The notes under the pieces: model-generated
Told to the model about the DNA's origin: nothing
Databases searched by the model: none
The model's input: the letters and a program-made list of their open reading frames with translations, nothing else
Source of the DNA: Convolutriloba macropyga
Taxonomy: Eukaryota
Length of the DNA: 64,000 bases
NCBI RefSeq assembly: GCF_964194025.1
Contig: NC_134474.1
Location: 36,952,001-37,016,000, forward strand
Direction: 5' to 3'
In this document: positions 1 through 13,911 of the stretch, piece by piece
Layout: each line of letters starts with the position of its first letter
Position numbering within the stretch: position 1 is the first letter of the stretch
Translations under genes and position numbers: made by a program

Positions 1-1773
1 TAATCAGATTTAAAACTAGCTCAGAAAAGTAAAATATATAAGAACGTTTTCACCTAAAAACTTTGAAAAGATTTATCTTTTCAAAATCAACAGCTCTTTA
101 CCTTGGATTGTCATTTTTGGCGTTCGAGCCAAAAGTTATTGGAATAAATTTTAAAATTGAAACATCATATGTAAAACGCTTATCTTCGCCCTTTTTCTGC
201 AATAGGGATAGTCATCCTTGTTTCATCACCAAACCCATTAATTGGCCAGTTTTGAAATCAAAATTAATTTTATCAAAAATTTATTTTTAAATTTTCAACT
301 GCCCTTATGGAATCATTCAACTGTGTTCGCAGCGAAATTCCTGTACAGAAAACTGTATCAACTACTTTGTTTAAAATTTGGTATCATTTAATTTGGGTAA
401 AAATTGGGTAAAATTTGGGTATCATTGGGTATTTCTTATTTGCTTGAAAGAAAGCTGCCTAATTTTCGGCACTTCATTCAAAGCTAAATCTAATAGCTTT
501 TACTGCTTTGCTTATGAGTTACAGTTTAACTACTTATTCATTTGATATAAACAACTACGCCCTTTTGAACAGACCAAAAATAAAACAAGGTGTTTTGCGC
601 ATTTTTTTGTTACAACTATTATGAAAGTATTAACAAAAACATGACAACATCGGTGTTTATCGAGCTACATTGCGTTCGAAAAATCGATAAATAAACGGAG
701 CAGATGCGTGATACAAGCCGGCCGAAAAATGGGTTATAAAGTTTGTATTTGTATTTCGTGGCTAAGATTAGGACAAATTGCGAACACGGGATTCCAATTT
801 CCCTTCCATTTTGCCGGTTTCTGGTAAAGTAGCTATTTTCCGCAATATTGTTCCACTTTCAATGTATTAACATAGTAAAAACGAAAATGAGATACACGCA
901 TCGGGCATATCTGCCCATGACGATTTGGTATACCTCTGCGTCGTAATCTAAATACCTGAAAACCGGGCGATCCGCCAACAATGCTGTTTTTTGCAAAGGA
1001 GACTGGAAAAAAATATATCAATACTAAAGCCAGCAAAATTCATCAATCCGGCTTTAAAAAAACAAACTTGGCAAACCTAATCTGCATGAAGTATTCACAA
1101 GCAGATTCTGAGGAAATCCAGCTAATCAGATTTAAAACTAGCTCAGAAAATTAAAATATATAAGAACGTTTTCACCTAAAAACTTTGAAAAGATTTATCT
1201 TTGCAAAATCAACAGCTCTTTACCTTGGATTGTCATTTTTGGCGTTCGAGCCAAAAGTTATTGGAATAAATTTTAAAATTGAAACATCATATGTAAAACG
1301 CTTAACTTCGCCCTTTTTCTGCAATAGTGATAGTCATCCTTGTTTCATCACCAAACCCATTAATTGGCCAGTTTTGAAATCAAAATTAATTTTATCAAAA
1401 ATCTATTTTTAAAGTTTCAACTGCCCTTATGGAATCATTCAACTGTGTTCGCAGCGAAATTCCTGTACAGAAAACTGTATCAACTACTTTGTTTAAAATT
1501 GGGTATCATTTAATTTGGGTAAAATTTGGGTAAAATTTGGGTATCATTGGGTATTTTTTATTTGCTTGAAAGAAAGCTGCCTAATTTTTGGCACTTCATT
1601 CAAAGCTAAATCTAATAGCTTTTACTGCTTTGCTTATGAGTTACAATTTAACTACTTATTCATTTGATATAAACAACTACGCCCTTTTGAACAGACCAAA
1701 AATAAAACAAGGCGTTTTGCACATTTTTTGTTACAACTGTTATGAAAATATTAACAAAAACATGACAACATCG
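1..1773. repeat. Near-identical direct duplication: 1-652 repeated at 1123-1773
   Basis: taatcagatttaaaactagc... starts at both 1 and 1123, and the copies stay aligned to ...catgacaacatcg. Spurious ORFs 63-290 and 1185-1412 are nearly identical. Confidence 0.95.
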
Positions 1774-2579
1774 CTGCTTATTCCAGTCAGTTTTCTAGAT
1801 ATCTCCGGAAAATTAAACAATATTTAGACAGATTAAAAGTAATGTTCATCGATATCCAATTTTTTGGAAATTGTTCAACCTGATGTTTTCGCAGTTGAGG
1901 TCTAACCGAGCAGGAAAAAATGTCGGTTCTTTTATAATCATTTATTTGTTTTTTTTATAACGAGCAAACGAGAGCCGAGCTTTGAGAAGACTTTTATACA
2001 TAAATTTTAATATTTGCTTTTCATACGATTTGAATTTCACTTAACTGCAAATTTTGAAGTTGGATTTTTGAATAACTAAAAAAATCTTGCCAAAAAATTT
2101 CTTTTGTTTTTTTACGAAAAATTAACGCAAAAGAAATTAAATTTGTTTGCTTTCATTTTCTGAGGTGCAATTTTTATCCGGGCAAATGTTTCCTCTTTTC
2201 AAAAACAATCTTCGCGGCATTCTTTATCAGCTTTCGTTGGTTCTTATTTTGGCGGCCCTTTCAAAATGCTTTCATCTATTCAGTTTAGTTCTTTTGGATA
2301 AAGAGCTGCATATGTTTGACCAACATTTGATTGTTTTCAATTTGTGAAAATTACTGCTGTCATTTTATATGTCATTGATATGTGCTGCTCTCCAATATCA
2401 ACTCATTTGTATGAGAAGAAGAGAAGATAGTTCTTTTGCAGGAACTGTTTCAGATCAAGATTTTTCAGGAAAATTATTGCAAAGTTTAGAGTTAGCTCTG
2501 TTTGAAATTTTATGGTGTGACTCCTGCACATTTTATTGTTCAGAACTAACGTATCGTGAGATGCACTGATGTATATTGA

Positions 2580-3129
2580 GAAAATGTTACCAAGAATCCC
2601 ATTATTGTTGTCCACGAAAGCACCGAAAACCAAAATTCTTAGTTTTGCGGCGTATTGAGCAAATCAATCTTCTTCATTTCCCAGTACTGTTTTAGATCGT
2701 CTTGTTTGAAAATGCTTATAGCAACATGATTCGGTGATACTTACTCAACAAAAAATAAGTGTCGGGTATCCAGTCGAAGTAATTGATTCCTGGTCCAGAC
2801 ATGGAGATAGGTTCTCCGTCATTAAACAGCGGATCCTTCCACTTCTCTGTCAAATAAATCTCAAAAACAGCAAAGTTATTCTGAATCTCCGAGATACTCT
2901 CGATTGCAATTCCCGTTTGTAATATTAAAGGTTTGTCTTTGATTCTCGGAGGCATCGAGGTTTGAAGTCGGATGAAGTTTTCGTCTCGTCGAATCACTTC
3001 GGGTATGAGAATGTCCTCGTCACTGTTTTGCATATGGGTTCCGTATTGGAAAGCGCCCATACCACAGGACACAGTTTGAATAAGAGCCACAAGTTGAGTG
3101 AATTGCAGTCTTAATGGGTAATATGACAT
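2580..3129 (-). pseudogene. Decayed Cys-loop ligand-gated ion channel extracellular domain
   Basis: ORF 2716-3129 has a signal-peptide-like N-terminus, then PPR..KP, IAIESISEI, FEIYLTEKWKDPLF and WIPDTYF, matching the LGIC pattern (I.SI..I / YL...W.D.RL / W.PDTFF). Past the stop it reads SNKTI*NSTG..LICSI..NFGF (degenerate Cys-loop) with further stops. Confidence 0.65.
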
Positions 3130-3869
3130 AATTTATTAATCGAATTGATGAGTAACACGTTTTAAAAAAACTTATAATTTATAAACTGACTGTACTTTTG
3201 TTTATATTTTCTGGGCTAAATTGAAAAGATCCTTACTATATAAAAATCTAAGCAATAAGTTTTAAGTGGAATATTAAAGTTAAAACGTTTGGTTGAATAC
3301 TGTTTCAGTTAAGATCATTTTCAAAAATTACGAGCAGAACAAACCATTTTCAGTCTGGTAAAATTGTTGAGCGATAAAGGCCACAAATAAAATTAAGTAC
3401 ACTAAGTTTTATTAAGAGTTAAAATATACGTAACTAACACATTTTGAGCCCAAATCTACTTTGAGCGCGTCACAATATAGGAATATTTTGGCAGCAAAGA
3501 GAAGAAAGTTTTAAATTTCTATTTTTCAGATGGTCTCTTTTGTCAATATTGTTGACAATAGACTTGCCATTTGTTCAATTGTCTTTATATTCACCTGTCG
3601 TCTAAGTTGTGAATTGTTTATGTTCTTTCCATTCAAGAGAAAAAACAGTTCGGAATTTATTTTGATTCCATTTTTTGACAATTTAAAGCGCGTCTTGCAT
3701 CTTTGCTTAATTTTTCCCCAGCTTAACTACAAAGGCTTAAGTTGCCGCAACTTATTTCACTATATCAAAGTACGTTTTCAACATAGCTTCCAGAGCCAAT
3801 GTTTGCGGTTTACAATTGCAATTTCCGATTCAACATAACTCTCCATCCGCAAAACGTGAAGTAGATGAA

Positions 3870-4100
3870 GAGAGGGAGGTACTTTTGCAATGAAAGAAGG
3901 GGAATTAAAACAGATTTATTGAATAAAGTAACACTTTTTCCCACCTTTAGCTACAAAAGTATTTGCAGAAGTCGACGTTAATATCCTAAAGCAATGACAG
4001 TTTTGACACGGGACTTGTCAACGCATCAATTGATGCTCTTACGAATATTGCCAAATCTTGAGACCACCTTGACAAGATTTCCAAAAATTTTAATCAGAAA
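3870..4100 (-). mobile_element. Possible Penelope-like GIY-YIG C-terminal relic
   Basis: Broken minus-strand frame EH...FRILTSTS..F....K.YFI....NSP...VPL resembles the end of Penelope ORFs; very decayed. Confidence 0.3.
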
Positions 4101-7100
4101 AGACCGCCCGCTTTTTTACTATACTGAAGGTTGAGGTGATGTTTTTTTGTAAAAAATGTTATTTTGGTTATGATCACATTCTATGTTATGTATATTGAGA
4201 AACTATTTCCCGCACGCTTTCTACAGTAAATGATAGAGAAATTAATTTGCTGAAAACATTAGTGTAGAGCTCGACCGGAACGAATTTGAAAGATCTTGCA
4301 CGATAACACTTCATTAATGTATTTTTGCAAGATAGACTTTTGTTTTGCACAATCTTACAAAATAAATTTTATTACAAGAATCTTGCAAGATTTTACAAGA
4401 TAGCCAGCCTTCCAGTCTCGAATGGGGTTGTTTTGAACTCAATTGGTGCCTTTAACAGTACCTCAGCACTACATTAAAAAACCAGCAGATGTATTTGTAG
4501 GTTTTTGCATTTTTTGTCAACTTTCCGAATAAATAGAAGACAAATTTATAAAGGAACAAGAAGAATAAGTCCCTAACATCAATAAAAATTTCTGATAAGA
4601 ACTGTTGCATATCTTTAATAGCATGAACAAAGCTACCGGAATTCGCATTCATGCAGTTGCGCGGTGGTGTTGTTTAGTCAACAGATATTTCTTGAACTTT
4701 TTTGTTTATTCTGTAAATATAGCTGAAGGAAATTGATTGGGATTTATTTACTCTGAGATGGATAGGAGGGAGTATTGGTCAGGCTGCAGGTCTGCACAAA
4801 CTGTGATCAATCAGTGAACTAAATTTAAAATAAAAGAGTGTGAATTAATTTTTCAGGTACCGATTTTTCCCAATTTGAAGGTCGAAAAAATTCTTTTAAA
4901 CTCAGCAATGATTAATCAATCTGGCGCTGAACGGAAAGCGTAACAGCCAGAATGGAAATTGGTAAACTTGATTTAAAACAAAAAGGAATGAATTGTATTA
5001 ATATAGTTGGTTTGATCTTACAGATTCACAATTAAAACACCATTTGGGGAAAGCAAATAACCGGCTGCTAATGGTAAACAAAAAAACGAAACCGGTTTCA
5101 TTTCTTGTCTATATAAAATGTAGTGCAATATTTCATTTTCGTTCACTCACTCACCCCCCCCCCCCCCCCCCCCTGGAATAATGGAAGAACAGAAAGCATT
5201 ATAAGTAAATAGAAGTAACAGTATTTGAGTTAATTGTTCTAACTGTGATCAGAACGTCGTTTATCGATTCGCTGTTTGCTCTGGGACAATAGCGGTATTC
5301 CATATCTTTATCTCACTGGGTTTTCGTAAATACTTGACACGTTTTTGTCCCAATAGCTGTATAAAAACGCTCTCCATATTCTATGTTTAGTTCTAGGCCA
5401 TGACATTCTGTTTTGTCAGTTAGGAGGTCAATTTGTAATATATTGGAAACAGTGGTGAAATAGTTCTAAAAATCTAATTGGGCTTTCAAGCTTAGGAAAC
5501 CCCCCCCCCCCCCCCCCCTCTGTTTTCAAAATAGCTGTGAGTTTTTGAGATTTGCATGTGTATGCGCGGAGTTTGATGAGGAAAAAAATCCCCAATGAGT
5601 TAAGAAAACTCAAGAAATCAGACCATATCTTGCATTTAGTTTTCGCTCAATCTCTTATATTTAGTCTTTCCACTTATTCCACAAGGAACGTTTTGAGTGT
5701 AATTTTCTCAGCATTCCTCTCAAATTTCACTCACGTTTAATGTTTTTTTTTTTAATTTGCTCTACTCAGTAAGACGCCAGCTAAATAAAAATTTATTTTT
5801 TTTTCGATTTTTGTGAGAAAACAGACCAAAATCTTTACGATAAAAATTAGAGCGTATCTTTTGTTAAGCTCATAATCATTTTCATTCGAAATTCGTTATA
5901 CGAGTAAAGTTAATTCACAAAAACAAGTGGTTAAAAGATCAAATCTTTGATATTCTTACCAAAATGTGTCTTATCTGTTGTTAGTTTCGATATTGTATTT
6001 CGCATATCATTAACTAAAAGGCACTGAGGTTAAATTTACCATAAATACAATGTGAGTGAGTGGTATTTTAGCATTGATTAGTAAACAAAGTGAGTGGGAA
6101 TATTGACAGGTAGATATGCCTTCTGCAGTCAAAAGATAAGTCATTAGATAGAATTATTTCCCTCACGATAACCTCCGAACTCAGCCTTGCTCTAAGCAAA
6201 GGATACAGATGACGTTTTTAGCAATCGCTCTACAGGCCAGAAAGTGGAAACAAGATCAAATAATTCAGAGAAAAAAGATGAAGCTAAATGAATGACTTGT
6301 CAGAAAATGGACAACCGTGAACTTTGAACAATATTACGGAATAATATTAATAGGTTCCCTTAACCGACCTTCAACACTTGAAACGAATTCAGTTTTAGTG
6401 GAAAAAAGGCAGTGCCATTGTTTAAATTTTCAAGTAAATATTGCTGTATTGCGCTCAGAGTTACCTGAAAACCCAGATATATCAAACACTGATTACTGAG
6501 GTTAAAGTTCCAGACACAAGTCAACTCTAACCAGACTATGTCCAAACTTCGGTCTCTCATCAGACCGTGCTAGACCAAAATCACACCTGAACGGACTCGT
6601 GCGACCCAAATTTTTGTGCCACTTTTGTGCCACAGAAATTTATGGTGCGACTTTTATCATATTAATTTTTAGCGTAACTTCAGTGCGACCAAAACCTCTA
6701 GTGCGACTTTCGTGCAACCCATACTTGAGTACATAAAGTGTAGGTTGAAAAGAAAGAAAAGTTTTCTAATTAGCGGTTACAAGAGTTGCTGAAACTGAAC
6801 CAATTGAGTGCAAGCTCCTCAAAGTCAGCAGTCTTAATCATCAAGACTTTCAGTCTAACTTGCCTAAGAAAAGATTAGCTATTTGATTGTTTTTTGTGGT
6901 AATGGGTTGTTCAAATTGACACAGATTTTGTGCGCGAGGTTATTGGTGTAAATAGAGTCTATGTCTTCGAAAATTGTTGTTCGAGTACGCCTCGGAAATT
7001 GTTAGCTATTTCACGCTTTTTCTTGCTTTGAAAAACGCCAGAGCTGGGTCTCAGTCCGGACGATAAATGAAGAAGAAAACGTCAACCGTAGAGACTGGAA

Positions 7101-7143
7101 AACCTAAAAACTAGTATTTTAATTAACTTGAGATAATTTACAA

Positions 7144-7501
7144 NNNNNNNNNNNNNNNNNNNNNNNNNNNNNNNNNNNNNNNNNNNNNNNNNNNNNNNNN
7201 NNNNNNNNNNNNNNNNNNNNNNNNNNNNNNNNNNNNNNNNNNNNNNNNNNNNNNNNNNNNNNNNNNNNNNNNNNNNNNNNNNNNNNNNNNNNNNNNNNNN
7301 NNNNNNNNNNNNNNNNNNNNNNNNNNNNNNNNNNNNNNNNNNNNNNNNNNNNNNNNNNNNNNNNNNNNNNNNNNNNNNNNNNNNNNNNNNNNNNNNNNNN
7401 NNNNNNNNNNNNNNNNNNNNNNNNNNNNNNNNNNNNNNNNNNNNNNNNNNNNNNNNNNNNNNNNNNNNNNNNNNNNNNNNNNNNNNNNNNNNNNNNNNNN
7501 N
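7144..7501. other. Assembly gap
   Basis: Run of N. Confidence 1.
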
Positions 7502-7979
7502 AGGAAAACTAGCGTTTTATTAGACAAATTTAGACAGATTCATGGATTTAGGTAATTTCGCCACAGTTTTACTTAACAAAGTTGAGAATTTTAATAACCA
7601 GCCGAGGATAGACAAGCTATGTCTTTAACTTTAATCAGCAATCTCTGCGCACGGCAAAAATTTCAAAAAATGACGCTTAGGCTTAGGTTCACAGATAAAT
7701 GTATCTTTTTTGAAAAAGCTTTGAGTCTTAATCAACTCCTTTATTCTTAAAATTGACGCACACGAACAGATGAAGTTCAGATAATCAACAGTGGAGATAA
7801 ACAAGCAGATCACAGTAAAAGCATGAACTCACAACTAACGCCATCAAGGGAAAAATTTTAAATAAACAATTGGAAAGCTATCCGTTATAACAGAAAAAAC
7901 TATCTGCCATTGTAATCACTCACTCACTCACAATTATTGGAGTAATTCTTTGTTTGATCAATTTTGAGTTCCTCTTCAC

Positions 7980-8450
7980 TAGGAGAATGTTGCAATGTGG
8001 AAAAACGTTTGTCAAGAAGGTTGGCGTCGATCCATACCACAAGCCAAATGTCATAGTTTTGGAATCGACTCAAGCAGTTGACAACGCAAACCCTAAAGAC
8101 GTGGCCTCTAGGCAGATAAATTCGCTGGTGCTTTATGGTAGATAAAGAAGAACTGGAAAGTCATGAATTTCACTTTCAGTAACTTGAAAAAAAATTGAAC
8201 TCACGGCTCTTTTTAGCCTTCGGTTCCAAAGAATATTGTTTTGTTGAGAATATCAAAGCAGATAAACAGACCTCTATGACTCAGAGATTTTGTTGAAGAT
8301 TGTATTGCTTGTCGTTTCGAGACAAAAACTTTACTTTGTACAGATTTACAGCTTTTGTTTGTTCCAGTCCAACGCCAAGAAGCTTTCAAAGCACTTTCAA
8401 CAGCACTTACAATTTGTTCTTTTGTGTTGACACCAAAACTAAACCCACAA
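7980..8450 (+). mobile_element. Possible Penelope-like RT N-terminal relic
   Basis: PYHKPNV... resembles the PK(I/V)HKPNVP motif of Penelope RTs; frame is broken. Confidence 0.35.
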
Positions 8451-8989
8451 TTCGTAGCTCAAAGGCCTTTACAATGCTTTCCAGCTCAAAGTATAAATCA
8501 AATTCTCCACAAATTACTCAAATACAAACTTCGTCAAATTTTTTAAGAAGTTTGTCAGTAAAATTCATAAAAAAGAAGAGAAAAGAGACATCGTTAATAA
8601 CAAGGTAAATTGGTAGTTCAACGTTTTTATGAAGAATTTCGACTCAAATCCAGTGCAGTCAATAACAATTACAACGAGTAATCATGTTATTAATTCATTG
8701 TATTTATTATAGTCTTCCATTTATGAAAAATTTTGGTCATAGAAATTTCAGTTATGACAAAATTTAGTTGTTATCAATAAAGAATTTTTCGATTTATGAA
8801 GTCAATGTTCCATAATGCGAAGCTTCTCGGATCATATTTTTTTTGTCAACCTGCATTACTAGTCTCTACCGGTATTAAATTTTGCGAGCAAAATTACTCA
8901 TTTTTATAACCACATTTCACTTTTCATATTTTAACAGATTGTACGTGTGAAACGTATTTACGAACTATGAGGATGAAAAGGCGATTTAG

Positions 8990-10300
8990 GCCCTTAATGG
9001 AAATTTCAAGCAGTGCTTTTCACGTTTAAACTCGGAGTCGAAAATCGAATCTACTTTCCGCAACAGCATGCTATTCGCGGAAGCGCATTTCACAAAGAAA
9101 TGTGCTGCGGATTAATTGCAGTAAATTCCCTAATTTTAGGAATCTTAAAACAAAAAAATGTAAAGGGAACAAAATTTTTGAAATGCCTTTGCCAACAAAA
9201 GTAACTGTAATCACATTTCGTTGGAAGTGCTTCCGATTTTAGGATGTTTTAATTGCCGTGTGGAAACTACTTTCACGTAATTTAAGCTCTTTCCACATAT
9301 TCAAGCTCATTCGTCAAAATACAGTGGGCAGTATGAGCCACAATCTTTGTTCCTAGTTTTTGTTTAAGCAAAAGAAGATGCTGACACTGTGGGTACGCCA
9401 TTCAGAACTGAACGGCATTTTTAGCCAGAAGTATATTATACAATAAGGCAACAGAACAAAAATCTAAAACAACTTTGAAGAAAATTCAGAGAATATGAAA
9501 ATAAGTAACAAAGCCTTATGGACTTTTATGACTAAATTTGATACTTTTCTGTTTCTCTCTATAATCAGTTAATGCTTTTTACAAAACACAAACGTTCTAC
9601 AGGCATACATTACCCGGAGGCAACTGTATGGAGCATATATTTTTGTCTGGATCCTGTGGAAAGCAAGAACTTTGAAGACAAAACAAAAATAAAGTGCTGA
9701 AAACAAAAAAAATGAGAGAATGAGAGTTAACAGGAAGACAGGGATATCCCCCAAAAATGCTACCGCACACCACAGCTGAAAAATCAGATGGAGCAGCCGT
9801 ATCAAAAGCGTTCTCTTCGCGAGAGCTGACGAACTGACCAACAATTTATAGTGATTCAAAACGTTAGTACAGAAAAAAAGCCCGAATTTTATCCGAATTT
9901 TCAATATCTTTGATGAAAAAACCAAGAGCAAAAATTCTTCTCGCTCTAATTTCAAGTGCCTACTTGGAGTCCCTCAATTTCGTTGTTTATGAAAATATTT
10001 AAAAAAGTAAAATAAAAACTTCATACAATTGCATGTGTGTTTTCGACAAAATTGAAGGTAATAGACCGAGGTATTAAGTCTTTATGGTTTCAAAGAAACA
10101 ATAACTGACGATGGGTTCTTGTTTGAAGTTTCGCTTTTCGTTTTCTCTACAATTGCAAACAAAAATTGCATCAGGCTTGGGTGATAACCCAACATTCGAA
10201 GCCAAATTCAAATTATATTGCTTCAAAAGGAAACAAAAATCTGATATCATTACTCCCTGAATCATTTCTCATGGCGAAAGAATTACTACTTTTATGACAG
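8990..10300 (-). mobile_element. Decayed Penelope-like retroelement (RT, thumb, GIY-YIG)
   Basis: Collinear minus-strand relics: F.F..KQY...GLSPKPDAIFV (~GSPLSP.LANIFM), FVENT (~YVDDT), KLEREE..L.F, TNVLNHY..KRTLLIRLLH, ICGKSLNYV...TRQL (~C..C..YVG.T.R.L) and terminal PSLN. Confidence 0.6.
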
Positions 10301-11149
10301 TGAGGATTTTGTTGAAAAAAATATATTACAGTGTGCTAAATTTTGCTTTCAACTTGCCAACATTATGGCAGCACAATTCAATTTTCCGTGACCTCATTTG
10401 CAGCTAAGTGACGGTTGTTTTGCCATCTCGATGAGATCCTTAATGAGGAAGCGCACCTTGAATCGAATCAAGATACAGCAGTACTTTGCGGTGAACAAAC
10501 AACGAGCTTTTTGTGTCAGTTACAAATTAAGGCAGTGCGTGTTTTAACAAATAAGAACCACGTTACTTAGGTCAACAACTGACTCGTGCAGAATGATAGT
10601 GATGAGGCGGAGCCTGAAATTAAAGAAGATCAAACATTAACTCGATATCTTTAAAAAGCCAACTCCTGCCACTCATCGGCAAAAAGCTTTAAATTTGTAC
10701 CCATTACTGAAATGCCTGATATGTCAGACAAACGTAAAACAAACGAATAGACACATGAAGCATTGCACAGTCGACATTGAGTCGTCCTTTAATAAAAACA
10801 AAGCGACTCGGTAATGTGCGATCGCACATAAGGTTCCGACCCCGTTCATCCACAATATTGGCTGGATTGTCTGCTATATGAGGAACATAGAAAATCCAAA
10901 AACTCATGTTTTTTTTTAAAAAAATTGGTGTATGAACGAAAAGAAAATCTCCAATGCAAATAACTGTGGCGGAGTACAAATGGCACATTAAATTGACGAG
11001 ATGTGCAAATTTTAAGAAAGCGAGTCAAGACGAACAGCAAAATCAAACAACAAAAACAGCAAAAATAATTTTATCAGAAACTTCATATCCGTTTTAAAAA
11101 ACAAAACTTAATAAAAAAGTCAAAATAGCGTCAGATAAAACTGATATTA

Positions 11150-12450
11150 AAGAAAATAACTTGTAATTCACCAGAAAAGATAAGGGAGTAGTAAAAAACG
11201 ACTTGGTAACAATTAGATAAAAAAAAGAACAAAAACAGTTAAGTCGCCTTTTTTAAACAATTTATTTCGAAGTAATGAAAACCATTAGAAATCAACTAAG
11301 AAATCCCATAGGTGTACGATTACCAATGCTTCTATAGAAGGAATTAATAACTGCCAGTATTCAATTGTTTATGCGGTTACAAAAAGAACAACAAATAGAC
11401 ACTAAACACAAAGTCAAATAAAACTTGGCAGAAAACTCTTTTGAAACCATAAAGCCATACTATGGCCATCAAAATGTTTTCAATTGCACTTTCTGCGACC
11501 ACCAAGAATGTATTATGTGACCTTTCATAAATAAAGCTAGGTAACAAGTTGATAAAAATGAAAAAAAAATGCAAAAATAAGTAACAAATTAATTTTTTTC
11601 GAAAAAAAAAAAATTATTTCCAAAGACATGAACGCCATTATTTACAGAATGAAATAAATTATTAGTTTTGTATATTCTTCCAAAAAAACCCTTGAGAGTT
11701 GCACTTATCCAAAATATGTCTTATGACTACAAAAAGAACGTCAAACATGACAAAAATCAAAAATTAATTTACTTTTTTTTCCGTGTCGAAACCAGTAAAG
11801 TCAACGAATTCTTTGAAAACATTAGATTGTGTGACACAAATCTACCTTTCAAAACTTCTTTTGACAACGATAATTTCATATTTAGACTGTAATTAACGAG
11901 ACTAGGTAACAAACAGACAATAAAAGGAACAAAAATGCCAAGTTAAAAAGTGTTTTTTTTTAAATTTGGAAAACAATTGTTTTCAAAGTCATGAAAGCCA
12001 TTATCTATCTTCTAATATCAGATCATCTACTCTTCCAGGAAAAACCGGGTCATTGAATAGGAAATTTTATACGACTAGAAAGACAGAATAAAAACGTCAG
12101 TTGAAGACAAAATTTAAAAAATTCAATTAACTTTTTCGAGAAAGTAGTGTCGAAGCCGTTAAAATCATAATCTTTATCTGCAAGAATTTCAATAATTTGA
12201 ATGATGCTTTATATTGAAAGCCAATAATATGATATTTGAACTGTCAATAAAGTGATAAAGTGACAAAACTAGAAAACGTGAAAAATGGGCAAATACCTAA
12301 ATTTTAAGAAAATGTGAAATCTAGTTGTATCGAAGCCATTAACCTTAGCCAAAGGCCTAAAACCGCAATACAGAATAAATTTGATTTCAATAGAATGAAG
12401 AAGCACTCTTTCAATGCTGACAATAAGCTACAAGTTGAACAAATAAAGAG
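11150..12450 (-). repeat. Internally repetitive dispersed repeat, inverted relative to 26050-26905 / 29147-30150
   Basis: Recurrent gtcgaagccatta-like motifs are the reverse complement of the aatggcttcgacac motifs at 26-30 kb. Confidence 0.55.
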
Positions 12451-13199
12451 AAAAATAGAGCAAAGTTCAATAAGTCATTATTTATTTGAAAATCAAATAC
12501 TTTTAAAACTCAAAACGACCGTAAGTTTTCGAGTAATCAACTAGACAAAAATATGTGGAGCTAATTAGGAACCCAATTGGACCTATCATTAGTGAGCTTT
12601 GGTTTGAAGTGTTCTGTTATTTAATTACAACAGTAAAGATCAAACTTTATTTTATAAAAAATATTGACTGTTTAAAATCCGAATTATCTTTGGATTATAC
12701 CGGTCCAAGATTGGTCCAAAACTAGCCCTGCTAATTTTTGTTTGTTCAATAAGAACTCTTAATTATTCGAATGTTATAGATATTGATCTTTTGATAGTTA
12801 AAAAATCAAAAATAGATGCTGCGTTTTTGATAATCAACGAATAAATTTAACAAAAAAACGGCAAAGTTTAAATTACAGAGCACTCTCAACGGAATTTGAA
12901 GCCGAACAAGCTCCCTTTTGAGTCCAAAAAATTGTGTTAGTGGTGTTTGGGTCTGTACTTCCTCTAATTTTAATCAAAATGGACTGAAGAAACTTATTTC
13001 GAGCTGTTTTTGAAGAAAAAGTCTAAAATTTGTAATATTTAGCCAGAATTTTTGACAAAAAAAAGAATAAAAATAGCCTAAAAAATTTTTTTTGTTTTTA
13101 CAAATAAACAACACTTTCTGAAAAAATAAAAAATTTTAACAAAACTGTTGAAGTTTTATTCAAAAATTCCGGAAAAAGGGAATAAAATCCCACCGGAAT

Positions 13200-13425
13200 T
13201 CACTCTATTTTCTCAAAATTCAAACCTCGATAAATCCCTGTAAGAAACGGAATTTCAAAAAAATCTTTTCAATTCCATATTCTACGCCGGACAAGCTTTC
13301 TAATGATACCAGTCTTAACTCTACGATAAATATATCGATCGGCCAAAATTGACTGAACAAAAAAAACCCATTTGAGTATATAGTTCCTTCCCCCTCAAGA
13401 GGGGTCGGAACAATTAAATTCATAA
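13200..13425. repeat. Dispersed repeat end; inverted homolog at about 25326-25520
   Basis: ccatttgagtatatagttccttccccctcaagaggggtcggaacaatta is the diverged reverse complement of taattgtttcgaccccacttgttgggggaggacctatatactcaaatgg. Confidence 0.85.
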
Positions 13426-13911
13426 TCATTAGTAATGTTTAATCTTAATAAATTATACTCAGAAGTCATAAAAATTTGAACTGATTGTACAAAAAGGTTG
13501 CAAACTTGGTATTGGAAACGAACAAGTGTTCAAAATCTTTGACAAAGATCAACCCTAGTCCAGAAGTCTGCTCAAGTTCCGCTCATTTCTTGCATCTTTC
13601 CCGCTCATGCCTCGACCAGGGAATTCTTTCCAATAGTAATATTTTGTTCTTGGCTCAATTTCGGAGGATTGAAGCACCAAAATGAAAAAGTGTGTCATTT
13701 TGAAGACGGTTCGTTGAATATCAGAAATAGCTCGCTCAGTTTGCACGAAATGACGCTTATAAACAAGAAATTACCTGAAGTCTTGAATTAACTGATGAAA
13801 ACTGCAAAATCTTTTTCTAGAGGCTTCTAAGCAAAATCAGCAATAGAGATGTCTTAAGCCCCAGAATTTGTTGAGTTACCTCAGCCAGCTTCAGTTGTTC
13901 CCTAGACTACT

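Noticed and set aside
7138-7527. ORFs spanning N runs (also 25050-25298)
   Set aside because: Gap artefacts.
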